The position numbers and the translations under genes were made by a program. A stretch of DNA of 64,000 nucleotides from Azolla caroliniana (lineage: Eukaryota > Plantae > Polypodiophyta), in NCBI GenBank assembly GCA_043228905.1, contig JBHGNT010000004.1:17112001-17176000 (forward strand), read 5' to 3'. This document shows, one piece after another, positions 11,270 through 22,281 of the stretch (position 1 is the stretch's first letter; each line of letters starts with the position of its first letter). The notes under the pieces were generated by a model. The model saw nothing but the letters and a program-made list of their open reading frames with translations, made no database searches and was not told the origin of the DNA.

Positions 11270-12140
11270 TACCACGCTGATCTAAGAGACATTCTCATCC
11301 ACCCCAAAGGTATTCACCAATATTTTCTTACACAAATACGTGTGCACCTTCCACTTATAAAGAAGCTACAACAACCAACAACTACGTTAACTAGCAACTA
11401 GATATGAACTCACAAAGAGGAACTCCATTCCAGAAAACAACACTTGGGACGTGTTTCCATTGTCAAAGAATTGATGAGCACTTTCATGCAAATGGGATTG
11501 TTTACTGAAGTAAACATTTCATTCGGTCAATCCCAACCAAGGTTGGTTGCAAAGGGTTTCAGACAATAGCTTTCAGTAGAGGTGAAAATGACAACCCTTT
11601 CATTACTTGGGTTAGTAGCCGTTGCGGACTTAGAGCCTCTTGAACTAAATGTCAAAATGAGCTTCCTCTATAGCACTTTGGATGTATGGAGCAACTGTAA
11701 GGTTTTGTATCACTTGGCCAAGAACATCTAGATGTTGACTTAGGAAGAGTCTATATGGCCTCAAACATGCACCTAAATAGTGGTATCGAAAATTTGACGA
11801 TTTTGTGCAATTGGTAAGTTTTTCAATTAGGTCATCTACCTCAACCTCTATGTGGATGATATGTTGCTCATTGACAAAAATGTTGGTGAGTTTGTTGAAC
11901 TTATGTCCTATGCGAATATATTTTTGGGAGAAAGGTCACACGACATAGAAGCTCTCATAAGTTGCGAGCCAACCTTAGGAATTTTGGAGAGATTAAACAT
12001 ACATTTGGGCAAATCTACAATAACACATTTGCTAGCCAACCTTACGCTTTTACCAAAAGATTTCCTAGCATCCATACCAGAGAGGGATTATATGAAGTCA
12101 ATACCATATGTATTGATTGTTGGCTCTTTGATGTACGTTC
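11270..12140 (+). pseudogene. Heavily degenerate Ty1/copia RT remnant
   Basis: Motif relics in shifting frames: ENNTWDV, LSCKW, RLVAKGF, KSLYGLK, LYVDDML, MKSIPY..IVGSLMY. Confidence 0.75.
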
Positions 12141-12145
12141 ACTAT

Positions 12146-12259
12146 ATACACATATATGGAAAATGTGGAACATTAATGGACTCGATTTCCATACTCGATA
12201 CATTGCCTCAACATGATGTAATCACATGGGATACAATAATATGCAGTGGTTTTTGAGTA
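12146..12259 (+). repeat. Inverted ~113-bp duplicate of PPR coding sequence 14218-14330
   Basis: Translates IHIYGKCGTLMDSISILDTLPQHDVITW versus the PPR gene's IHMYGKCGTLMDSLSIFGTLPKRDVITW. Roughly 85% nucleotide identity by eye to the reverse complement of 14218-14330. Confidence 0.9.
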
Positions 12260-13256
12260 ACTACACCCGATGATAGCATTCACCCATCGACTTGTATAAG
12301 ATGGATGGGTGCTTAGAACTTGGGATTGTTTTTCACCAAAAAAATCATGTGATTGCATATTTGCATATCAAATGGAAGAAAAATCTTGGGGAACATCCAA
12401 CGTAATTGATGTTGATGATGGACAAATGTATCTTCTATTGGTGGCCACCTATTTTCTTCAAAAACAACCACCTCAGGGAGGGAATGCCTTTTAAATATAG
12501 AGGAACATTGGCAAATTCACTCTCTAAATTGTACAAGATGGAAAAAATATCCTCTTGTTGATGACGAAAACCAATCTGGCAAAAAATACGTGGTCTTTGA
12601 CAAAAAACTTCTTCTTCAAAGTCAACTTGTTTTTTGTTGTCTTTTTATTTAAAACATTTCATTTTTCACCATATTTTTAGATTATGTGGTAAACCTCAAT
12701 GTAAGAATTTATTAAGGCTAGAAAAAATGACGACATTGATATGACATAAAGTTTTTGTATGTCACCATTTATCTCTACCTAAGCCAATAGTTGGTCTAAA
12801 TTTACAACTTTTTTTATTGGACAAGCCACACATTGAATTCTCAAGTATTCCATGTATTGTATACATATGATGAATAATGCAAACATAGGAAGTATATTCT
12901 AGATAAATACATGAATCATTAGACCTTTCATCGCTATATGGGACTTATGTTATCTCCATTATTGGGGACAAGGAAATAGAAGATTTTGTTTGCTAGGTGT
13001 CACAGGAGAAGTATGTGACGAAGGACTCCAATCTGGCTCGTGCTCTTCCCATCCGGAGGGACCTGTTTCCTAACATTAAGCCATAAACTACACATGCAAA
13101 ATTAACTATTGAACATACACAACATCTTTGTTTACTTCTCCATTCCCTTACCGCTCAATAAATTCAAATAATCTCTACAAAGTCATCAAGGCAAACAACC
13201 AATCAAAATGATGGTTAATAGTTTGTTACATTTGTTCAAAATGACTTGATAGTCAT

Positions 13257-16200
13257 TTAGTCAAGCATACTCTCAAAGCAACGTGTCCCCAAGATTAAAT
13301 CACCATGAGTCTTACTATGACCAAGCAAGGATGTCAATCCAACAACCCCAAGGTGTAGTGGTAGTGATTCAAGCATCAACTCTGCTGCTTCTAATTGTCC
13401 TATGCGACCGAAAAGATCTATAATACATTTGTAATGTTCTGAAGACACCTCAGATCCATCAGCAAGCATCATATTTATGTGTTGTAATCCTTCACCTAAT
13501 AGTCCTCCATGATTGCATGCAGACAAGAGTGAGAGAAATGTCACATCATCAGGCTTTAAACCTTGCATTTGCATTCCTTTGAAGTACTTCATGGCCATGT
13601 TATAATCATTGGATTGTGCATATCCAGCAACCATCGAGCTCCATGCTACTACATCTTGATTTGGTGAGTTTAAGAATACCTTTCGAGCATCTTCATATCC
13701 TCCACATTTAGTGTACATATCCAAGAGGGCACTACTAATGTTAGAATCATATTCAAAGTCATGCTCGATTATATGGGCATGTATGACTTTCCCTTGCTCT
13801 ATTGCTATGATGTTGCAACAAGCTCCTAAAACAGCTAAGAAAGTCACTCTATTGGGTACAATGCCCATCTGCATCATTTTCCCAAAATAGAGAAGGGCAT
13901 CTTGGCTGTATTGTTGTTGGGCATAACCTTCAATTAATGCGGTCCAGGTAACTACATCTCTCCTTGCCATTTTATCAAACACTTTATTTGCATTGGTGAG
14001 GGCTCCACATTTTGCATACATATCAATAAGTGTATTTCCAATCGAAATGTCAGACTCGAGCCCACATTCACAAATATGTGAATGTATAAGCTGGCCCTGC
14101 TCAAAGTTGTTAAGTTTTGAACAAGCTTTCAAAATAGAAAGAAGAGTGACATGATTTGGTTCGAACCCGTCATTTAGCATATCCTCATAAAAGTGGAGGG
14201 CTTCCACAGACATCCCATACTCAAAAAGCATTGCAATCATAGTACTCCATGTGATTACATCACGTTTAGGCAATGTACCGAAAATGGAAAGCGAGTCCAT
14301 TAATGTTCCACATTTTCCATACATGTGTATTACACAATTTATAATTGACAGGTCTAAATCAAAACCATCCTCAATTACCTGGCCATGTAATCTCCTTCCC
14401 AGTGGCAAGGCAGAGGGTTTAGAACAGGATTTAAAAGTAGAAATGAATGTGGCATAGTTTGGCTCGATACGCTGTTGCTGCATCCTGTAAAATAGAAATA
14501 GTGCATCTTCGAAGCAATCATGCAGGACATGAGCTGCAATTATCACAGTCCAAGTGACCACATCTCTCTTTTGCAAGTTATTGAAAATTATCATTGCATC
14601 TTGGAGCGCTCCACATGCTGTATACATATGAATAAGTGCATTTGCTACACAGATATCGGAATCGTTTCCATATTTGACTACATCATCATTTATCAACTTG
14701 CCATGGTATAAGGATGTAGAGGTAGAACATGCTTTCAAGATTGCGATGAACGTAATTTTGTTTGGTCTGACCCCCGAATTTTGCATTCTCTCAAAGAGAG
14801 TGAAAGCTTCAACAATATGTCCAGATTCAGCATAGCCAGTGATTAATGCACTCCAAGAGACCACGTCACACCATGTCAAAGAATGAAACAATTTATGTGC
14901 ATGATCAACACTTCCACACTTTACATACATGTTTATAAGGCTATTGCAAACCCATATATCGCTATCAAATCCATGTTTAATGATGTGAGAGTGCATAAAA
15001 AGAGCATGACCAAGGTTTGCAATATTGGAACCAAGCTTAAGAATACTGACATATGTCACCTCATTCGGTCTTATCCCTACCATTTGCATTTCTTTGAATA
15101 GCTGAAGAGTCTCATTAACGTGTCCATGTTGTGCATATATAGATATCATTGCACTGTAGGAAGCTGCATCACGGTTCAATAAACAATAAAATACCTTTCT
15201 TGCATCATCAAGACTTCTACATTTTCCATACATATCAAGAAGTGTGTTGCCTACAATTGACTTGGAGACAAGATCATGCTCAATCATGTGGGCATGGATG
15301 AGTTTTCCTTCATCCAAGGCTTTTATTCCAGAACATGCTTTTAAGATGCCAACGTATGTCACCTCATTAGGGTTCACTCCTTCCAATTGCATTCTATGGA
15401 AAATATGGAATGCTTCCCACCCAAAACCTTGATATGCCAGATTTGCAACTATAGAAGTCCAGGAGACAACATTTCTCTTCGGCAAATTCTCAAGTATCTT
15501 AAATGCATCTCTGAAGTATCCACATTTAGAATACATGTCAATTAAAGTGTTAGCAACTGACAGATCCGATTCAAAACCATTTTCAATGACTTGAGCATGT
15601 ATCACCTTGCCATGCTCAAGCATTGCCATGACTGAGCAAGCTTTAATTGCACAGAAATATGTGGCATGATTCGGTATGCATTTTTCTTCTTCTTGCATTT
15701 TCCAAAAGAATACAAGAGATTCATGGCCTTTTCCTTGTTCACAAAGTACTGATATAATTGTACTCCAGGTGACAACATCCCGTTCAGGAAGGTCATAAAA
15801 TAGCTGCATAGAATTCTCAAAACTTCCACATTTGGCATACATATCAACCAATGAGTTTCCGACTGACAAATTCGATTCACCTGAATTCTCTACTATCTGA
15901 GCATGTACAAGCATTCCTTCACTTAAACTACAGATACTAGAACATGCTTTCAGAACACAAACATATGTAATTCTATTAGGCATGACCTCCATATGTTGCA
16001 TTTTATAAAAGAATTGAAGAGCGTATTGACCGCAACCATTTTGGGCATATCCTGCAACGATGGTATTCCATGAGACAAGATCGGGCAAATTCATGCCATT
16101 AAACACTGATAATGCATCATCCAAGAAACTCCGCTTTGCATACATATCAATCAAGGTGTTTGCAACGTAAGGGTCCATCTCAAAACCACTTCTGATGATG

Positions 16201-16361
16201 TGAGAGTGTAAGATTTTACCTTGAGACATACATTCTCCATGTGAATAAGCTTTAAGGGCTGAAACAAAGGCATATGAAGATCTAACCTGAACAGCTTCTT
16301 GCAGCTGAACAGTTCCTTGTTTTATGTGTGTATACATACATGACATGTACACAGCATACAC
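13257..16361 (-). CDS. PLS-class pentatricopeptide repeat protein (~29 motifs, truncated E1, no DYW); true 5' end uncertain
   Basis: Uninterrupted 1034-codon ORF with architecture L-S-(P-L-S)x8-P2-L2-S2-E1 (DVVSW / PNxxTY..LKAC / NSLxDMYxKCG repeats; SEHYKCIIDLFGRIG). The first ~15 codons fall in a low-complexity TA/CA tract that may be intronic. Confidence 0.93.
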   Translation of the reverse strand: MYAVYMSCMYTHIKQGTVQLQEAVQVRSSYAFVSALKAYSHGECMSQGKILHSHIIRSGFEMDPYVANTLIDMYAKRSFLDDALSVFNGMNLPDLVSWNTIVAGYAQNGCGQYALQFFYKMQHMEVMPNRITYVCVLKACSSICSLSEGMLVHAQIVENSGESNLSVGNSLVDMYAKCGSFENSMQLFYDLPERDVVTWSTIISVLCEQGKGHESLVFFWKMQEEEKCIPNHATYFCAIKACSVMAMLEHGKVIHAQVIENGFESDLSVANTLIDMYSKCGYFRDAFKILENLPKRNVVSWTSIVANLAYQGFGWEAFHIFHRMQLEGVNPNEVTYVGILKACSGIKALDEGKLIHAHMIEHDLVSKSIVGNTLLDMYGKCRSLDDARKVFYCLLNRDAASYSAMISIYAQHGHVNETLQLFKEMQMVGIRPNEVTYVSILKLGSNIANLGHALFMHSHIIKHGFDSDIWVCNSLINMYVKCGSVDHAHKLFHSLTWCDVVSWSALITGYAESGHIVEAFTLFERMQNSGVRPNKITFIAILKACSTSTSLYHGKLINDDVVKYGNDSDICVANALIHMYTACGALQDAMIIFNNLQKRDVVTWTVIIAAHVLHDCFEDALFLFYRMQQQRIEPNYATFISTFKSCSKPSALPLGRRLHGQVIEDGFDLDLSIINCVIHMYGKCGTLMDSLSIFGTLPKRDVITWSTMIAMLFEYGMSVEALHFYEDMLNDGFEPNHVTLLSILKACSKLNNFEQGQLIHSHICECGLESDISIGNTLIDMYAKCGALTNANKVFDKMARRDVVTWTALIEGYAQQQYSQDALLYFGKMMQMGIVPNRVTFLAVLGACCNIIAIEQGKVIHAHIIEHDFEYDSNISSALLDMYTKCGGYEDARKVFLNSPNQDVVAWSSMVAGYAQSNDYNMAMKYFKGMQMQGLKPDDVTFLSLLSACNHGGLLGEGLQHINMMLADGSEVSSEHYKCIIDLFGRIGQLEAAELMLESLPLHLGVVGLTSLLGHSKTHGDLILGTRCFESMLD

Positions 16362-17153
16362 AACATTTACACATCATACATGACATGCATATGTACATCA
16401 TCTATGTCATATAGACATGTACATGTCATATATGACATACATAAATAAATTACAAGAATGCATGTGCGAACGAGGTGATGCATACATCCATAACATAACA
16501 TGTACACCTCATCTATGACAGACATGCATATATGTATGCATGCGTGACGTCAATACCTACATACACACGCATAACAAACTATACATGAGTGAGAGTGTTG
16601 TGAAACGAGCATGGACCTACTGCTTCCATGGGTAACAGAACAGAGCATTCTCGTTCTCAAACATACCCACGATATATTTCCATGAATTCTCAAAAATGTC
16701 CCGCTGTCCCTTCTCTCACAAGTAATAAAGCCCAACTTTATCACTTAATCAAACCTTTGGGGTTTGACGTGGGAGTCATAGAAACAAGTTGGAAGCACAT
16801 GGCACCCGTCCAACTTCCAGAACTAAAATCTGGCCATAGTGTTGTAAAGATGGTGATCTATTTGTGAACAAGCAAACATGCAAAGGAAGAGAAAGAAAAT
16901 GAAATCAATAGATTGGGAGTGAAAAAGAGAGATAATAGAATTTGAGAAACGAATGGGTAAGTTGTGTCAAGAGATTGCGTAGATTATTAATAGCTATATA
17001 AGTACAATATAAGTAGTGAAACTCTAACCTTAAATATCCAAAACCTTAAATACAACTTACAATAGTAGAGTCTTTAGCTCTTCTTGAACCCATTCATTGA
17101 TTTCCTATTTCCTTTCCCCCTTACAATTGGCTTGAGAGTCTATATGTTACATC

Positions 17154-17800
17154 TGTAAAGATTTATGTGCGGAAGCTTAAGAGAACACAACCGGCTCAAC
17201 CGGACAGCAATAGAGAAACACAGAGAAGAAAACAGAAACAAGACAGTAAGTGGGAGATCCAGAGAGAGCAGAAGACTAAAACTCTCGATTCAAAAATAAT
17301 GTGCTCTATACATACAAATGTGCTCAAAGAGCACTTTTATACAAGCCCTGACCGTGGGCTGATACAAGTACTATCAGTACTTTAATGCTCATGAATGAGC
17401 CTGACACTAACTCGGCCCATAATATTCCTATTTACTAGCATAGGAATATAGGCCCCTAATGTTATATCTACCTACTAAACTAGGAGTGTAGGCCTCTAAC
17501 GGCCTACGGGCTCCCCACGAGTCTGGCTCCGGCTAGCCGATCGGTTTCACTTGATCCGGCCAATGTTGGGCTTGCTTCTCAACACCCCCTCTCAAACTCA
17601 ACTTGAGGTTCCTCTTGCTCTACCGGCTCATTGTGTTGGCATAAAAGGCCGACTCCTTCCACTTTGCATCCTAGTGTGAACATGTCCTCTATCTAGGGCT
17701 TGAGTATATAAGCTTAACCCAAACATTGTAACATCATCTTCTTGAATCTCGAAGTGTAAGAGTTGTGGAGTGAGAGAATAAGAACTTCCATTGAAGCTCA
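17154..17800 (-). mobile_element. Truncated copia 3' end: 3' LTR 17154-17584, PPT ~17585-17600 and a short internal remnant
   Basis: Minus strand reads GAGTTTGAGAGGGGG then TGTTGAGAAGCAAGCCCAAC ... AAATCTTTACA. Confidence 0.75.
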
Positions 17801-17907
17801 GAATTGTGTTCATCTTTTGTCTCGCTTCCTGTTTTACATTTGTGTTGTTTGTTGTACATCCTAAGACAGGTTCTCATACTCACGCTTCAGCATACCTACA
17901 CATATAT

Positions 17908-18355
17908 TGTTGAGAGACAAGCTCAACATTTGCCAAATTGGTTGAAGAAGCCGAGAGCTGAATCGGTTGAAGACTGGTCGACTAGGCCCGAATCGGCTGA
18001 AGAAGCTGAGAGTCGAATCGAATAGAGTTCGATTCGGGTGAGCTAAGTCGGATGGTTTCCGAGAGTCCATCAGGGGCCTACATTCCTATTATAGTAATAT
18101 GAATATTATAGGTTGTTAGTGTCAGGCTCAGTTAATAAGCATTCAAGTACTTGTGAGTACTTGTGTCAGCCCACTCGTCTGGGCTTGTATAAAAAGTGCT
18201 CACCGAGCACATTGTATAGAGAACATTTCTGTAATAGAACGTTGTCATTTGCTCTCTCTGTCTCTCCCTCACCGTGTATCCATTCTCTATGTTACCTAAC
18301 CGTCGAATTTCCGAATAACCAACTGTGTACTCTGTGTCTTACGCTTATGCTTCTA
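17908..18355 (+). mobile_element. Copia LTR (J-family), interrupted at 18355 by element D
   Basis: Starts TGTTGAGAGACAAGCTCAACAT, as does the J LTR (62753, minus). Carries the family GCTTGTATAAAAAGTGCTC TATA block. Confidence 0.75.
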
Positions 18356-21300
18356 TGCAAAGAATTACGTGTGGAAGCTTGTAGATGAAACTGGCTTCAC
18401 CAGATAGCAACAACAAATATGCATAGATTTAATGGAAGCTTCAAAACACACAGAGAGTACACAGGAGCGACAAAGGGAGCATAACAATAGAACTCAATTC
18501 AAAATAATAACACTCTTTACATACAATTTGTTAGGAATATGTCCCTCTAGTGGGAGGATGATTCGACTGTTCGGAAAGCCGACAATAGAAGAGTTGGAAA
18601 ACAGGAGCCGAGTTGATGAAGAACTCGGCTGACGCCGAAATCGGAATCGTGTAAATAGCCAACTCAGGAGACTATATTCGTAAATAGTCTTAGTGTGCGC
18701 CCCATGAGGGCTACATATGTAAATAACTAGAAAGTTGCGTAAGTATATACGCAACTAGGGAAAACTTTAACGGTGTGACAAACAGAGATAAGAGAGTGTG
18801 TGCAGAAGTTGCTGTGTGCAGGAGCGTGTGTGTGAGAGAGAGTGTGTGTGAGTCGCGCCATAGCTGTGTGAGTAACAACAGACACGAAGAGCCCTGTGCA
18901 GCTGATACACTCGACAGAGTGTTGTATTGCTGTGTGCAGGAGAGTGTGTGTGAGAGAGAGTGTGTGTGTGTGAGCCGCGCCATAACTATGTGAGTAACAG
19001 CAGACCCGAAGAGCCCTATGCGGCTGATACACTCGACAGGAGCCAAGTTGATGAGGAACTCGACCGAGGCCGAAATCGGAATCGTGTAAATAGCCAACTC
19101 GGGAGACTATATTTGTAAATAGTCTTAATGTGCGCCCCATGAGGGCTACGTATGTAAATAACCAGAAATTTGCGTAAGTATATACGCAACTAGGACAAAC
19201 TTTAACGGTGTGACGAACAGAGATTAGAGAGTGTGTGCAGAAGTTGTTGTGTGCAGGAGAGTGTGTGTGTGAGCTGCACCATAGTTGTGTGAGTAACAAC
19301 AGACGCGAAGAGCCCTGTGCAGCTGATACACTCGACAGAGTGTTGTATTCCTCTCGGTATTGTATATCCACTTTGTATAGTGAAGAAATCTATTCACCCG
19401 TGGTTTTCCCCATTTTAGGGTTTCAACGTAAATCTCTGTGAACCATTGTTTATCTTGTCTTTTCTTGGCATTTCTGTGTGATTTGTATTTCAACGTGTAG
19501 CTCGTTTATTGTGATCTATTCCGAACGATTACTCAACAAACTAGTATCAGAGCTTGAGGTGCAAGCATGGAAGGAGGAGTGAGCGGTTTCCCAGGTATGA
19601 TAGTTCTCAACTCTTAGAACTATGCAGACTGGAAGATAAAGATGGAAGACCTTCTCATCGTGAAAGACCTGTACAAGCTAGTCAACAGAGCTGAAATACC
19701 CAAGGGGGTATTGGAGTCAGACTGGAAGCTTCTGAATAGAAAGGCGGTGGCCACTATTCGACAATGTGTCGATGTAAGTGTCCTTCAACATGTGGCGAAT
19801 GACACGAATGCCCACGAGATGTGGCAAAAACTGTCGGGTCTGTACGAGAGGAAGGATGCACTCAATAGGACCTCGTTGATGAGAAAAATCGTATGACTGA
19901 AATACAGAGATGGTGAGAGCATCGCCGAACACATCAACACATTTATGGGGTATGTGAATCAACTTGCAGCGACCAAGTTTCCCTTGGATGACGCAATGCA
20001 GGCCATTCTGCTGATGTGCACACTGTCAGAAAGCTGGGAGAACCTGGTGGTTACTCTCAACACCTCATGTCAAGAAGAGAACTTGTCTTTACAGACGGTG
20101 AAGACAAGCATCCTAAATGAGGAGGCAAGAAGGAAAGACAAAGGAGTCCTGTCCCAAACGGAGTCGAATCTGACTCAACATATGGACAGAGGAAGAGACC
20201 GGTGAAGAAGAAGTTCGCAGCGAATGGACAAATCCCACGCCAGATCGAAGTCTAGAGGTAAGCTTGTGTGCTTTTATTGTGGAAAACCTAGACACTTCTA
20301 GAAGGACTGCCGACACATGAGAAAAGACAAGAGTGTCGGAAATAATGTCGAACCCCAGAAAATTCTGGATGAAAAGAACACTTCAGCCATTGCTACAAGC
20401 AATGAGGAACTTCTGTTCATTTGTGAACAAACAAGTGCAAATCTCGCAAGTGAAGAGTGCACTTGGGTGATTGATTCCGGCGCATCCTTCCATATTACTC
20501 CGTCAGGAGAGTATTTCTCGACTTACATAGCTGGGGATCATGGCTATGTAAAGATGGGTGATAGTGGAGAGTGCATGATAACCGGAGTCGAAAGTGTGTG
20601 CTTAACGATGTCGACAGGGTGTCGACTAACGTTGAAGGATGTTTGACACGTCCTCGATATCAGATTGAATCTGATATCGACTGGAAGGCTATGTGGATGC
20701 TGCACTGGAACTAGTACACACGAACGTGTGCTATGTGGATGCTCCATCGCATCGAGGTGGACAATACTTCGTGACATTCATTGATGACCATAGTCGGAAG
20801 ACATGGGCCTTTGTACTAAAGACGAAGGATCAAGTACTATTGGTTTTCAAGGAGTTCCAGGCAAGAACCGAAAGAGAGTCGTGTCAGAAACTGAAATTTG
20901 TCCGAATCGACAACGGTGGCGAATACAAAGGGCAGTTTGAAGAATACTGCAAGTGCCAAGGTATTCGAATTGAATACACAGTGCCAAAGACCCCAGAATT
21001 AAACGGGCTTGCAGAGAGGATGAATCGAACAATCATGGAGAGAGTCAGGAGCATGCTCTCCCATGCGAAACTGCTGAAATCCTATTGGGCTGAGGCATTG
21101 TACACAATTGTTTATCTGATCAACAGGTCTCCCTTAGTACCTCTAAAGGGTGATATCCCCCAGAGAGTGTGGACAGGGAAGGATGTCTCTTACCAACACT
21201 TGAGGATGTTCGGATGTTTGTCGTATATGCATGTACCAAAGGATCAGAGGTCAAAGCTCGACAACAAGTCGAAAGCATGCATATTCATGGGATACTCAGA

Positions 21301-22281
21301 AGATGAATTCGGCTACAGGTTGTGGGCTTAGTCGACAAGAAGGTAGTGAGAAGTCGGGATGTAGTCTTTCTAGAAGACAAGACAATTGAAGACTGGAAGC
21401 AACAGAAGTCGGAATCGACTCCCCAGTCAACCTCGACTACCATCGACTTAAGGCCAAGTGAGTCGTCACCGACAACTGTAAGGAGACAATTGGCCGACAG
21501 AGCCGAATCCGAGTCGGTCGACTCGAAAAGACCGATAGACTATGAGTCAGAGTCAGCAGAGCTACTAAAATCAATTGAGGAATATGAGTTGGAGTTGTCC
21601 AACCTGGAGATGCCGATTGATGAGCAGAATCTCGAGCAAAGAGAAGAGTTGGCAGAGACATCCGAAATAGAGCCAACAACGAGTGGACGAAGGTACCCAC
21701 TCAGAGAAAGGAAGGCACCGACTACATATGCCAGTCAATACATCCTCTTGATTGATGATGGTGAACCGGTGTGCTATGAAGAAGCCATTGATGATGAGAG
21801 CAGAGGAAAATGGCTGAACGCGATGCAAGAGGAGGTGGAATCCTTCCACGCGAATTACACCTACGACCTAGTAGAGCTACCGAAAGGTAAGAGAGCACTC
21901 AGGAATAAATGGGTTTACAAGGTCAAGACTAGAGAAGTCGACAACGAGCCCAGGTATAAAGCCCGCATAGTGGTGAAGGGTTTCCAACAGAGGAAGGGCG
22001 TCGACTTTGACGAAATATTCGCACCAGTCGTGAAGATGACATCCATACGAATTGTTCTGAGCATAGCGGCTAGCATGGATCTGGAGATCAAACAGTTGGA
22101 TGTCAAAACCGCATTTCTGCACGAGGAGCTAGAAGAAGAGACATGCATTAACCCGAAGGCTTTGAGGAGAAAGGGAAAGAGAATCTGGTGTGTCGAGTGA
22201 GGAAAAGCTTGTACGGACTGAAACAAGCTCCACGCCAATGGTACAAGAAATTCGAGTCCTTCATGATGGAACATCGGTTCC

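Noticed and set aside
11852-12256. 134-aa RT-PPR fusion protein
   Set aside because: GTG start inside a frameshift-riddled copia relic. The in-frame join is probably chance, so it is reported only as an inverted duplication.
16550-16744. 64-aa minus-strand ORF as the PPR first exon / transit peptide
   Set aside because: A GT donor near 16556 is plausible, but the acceptor and phase cannot be fixed without transcripts, so it is not annotated.
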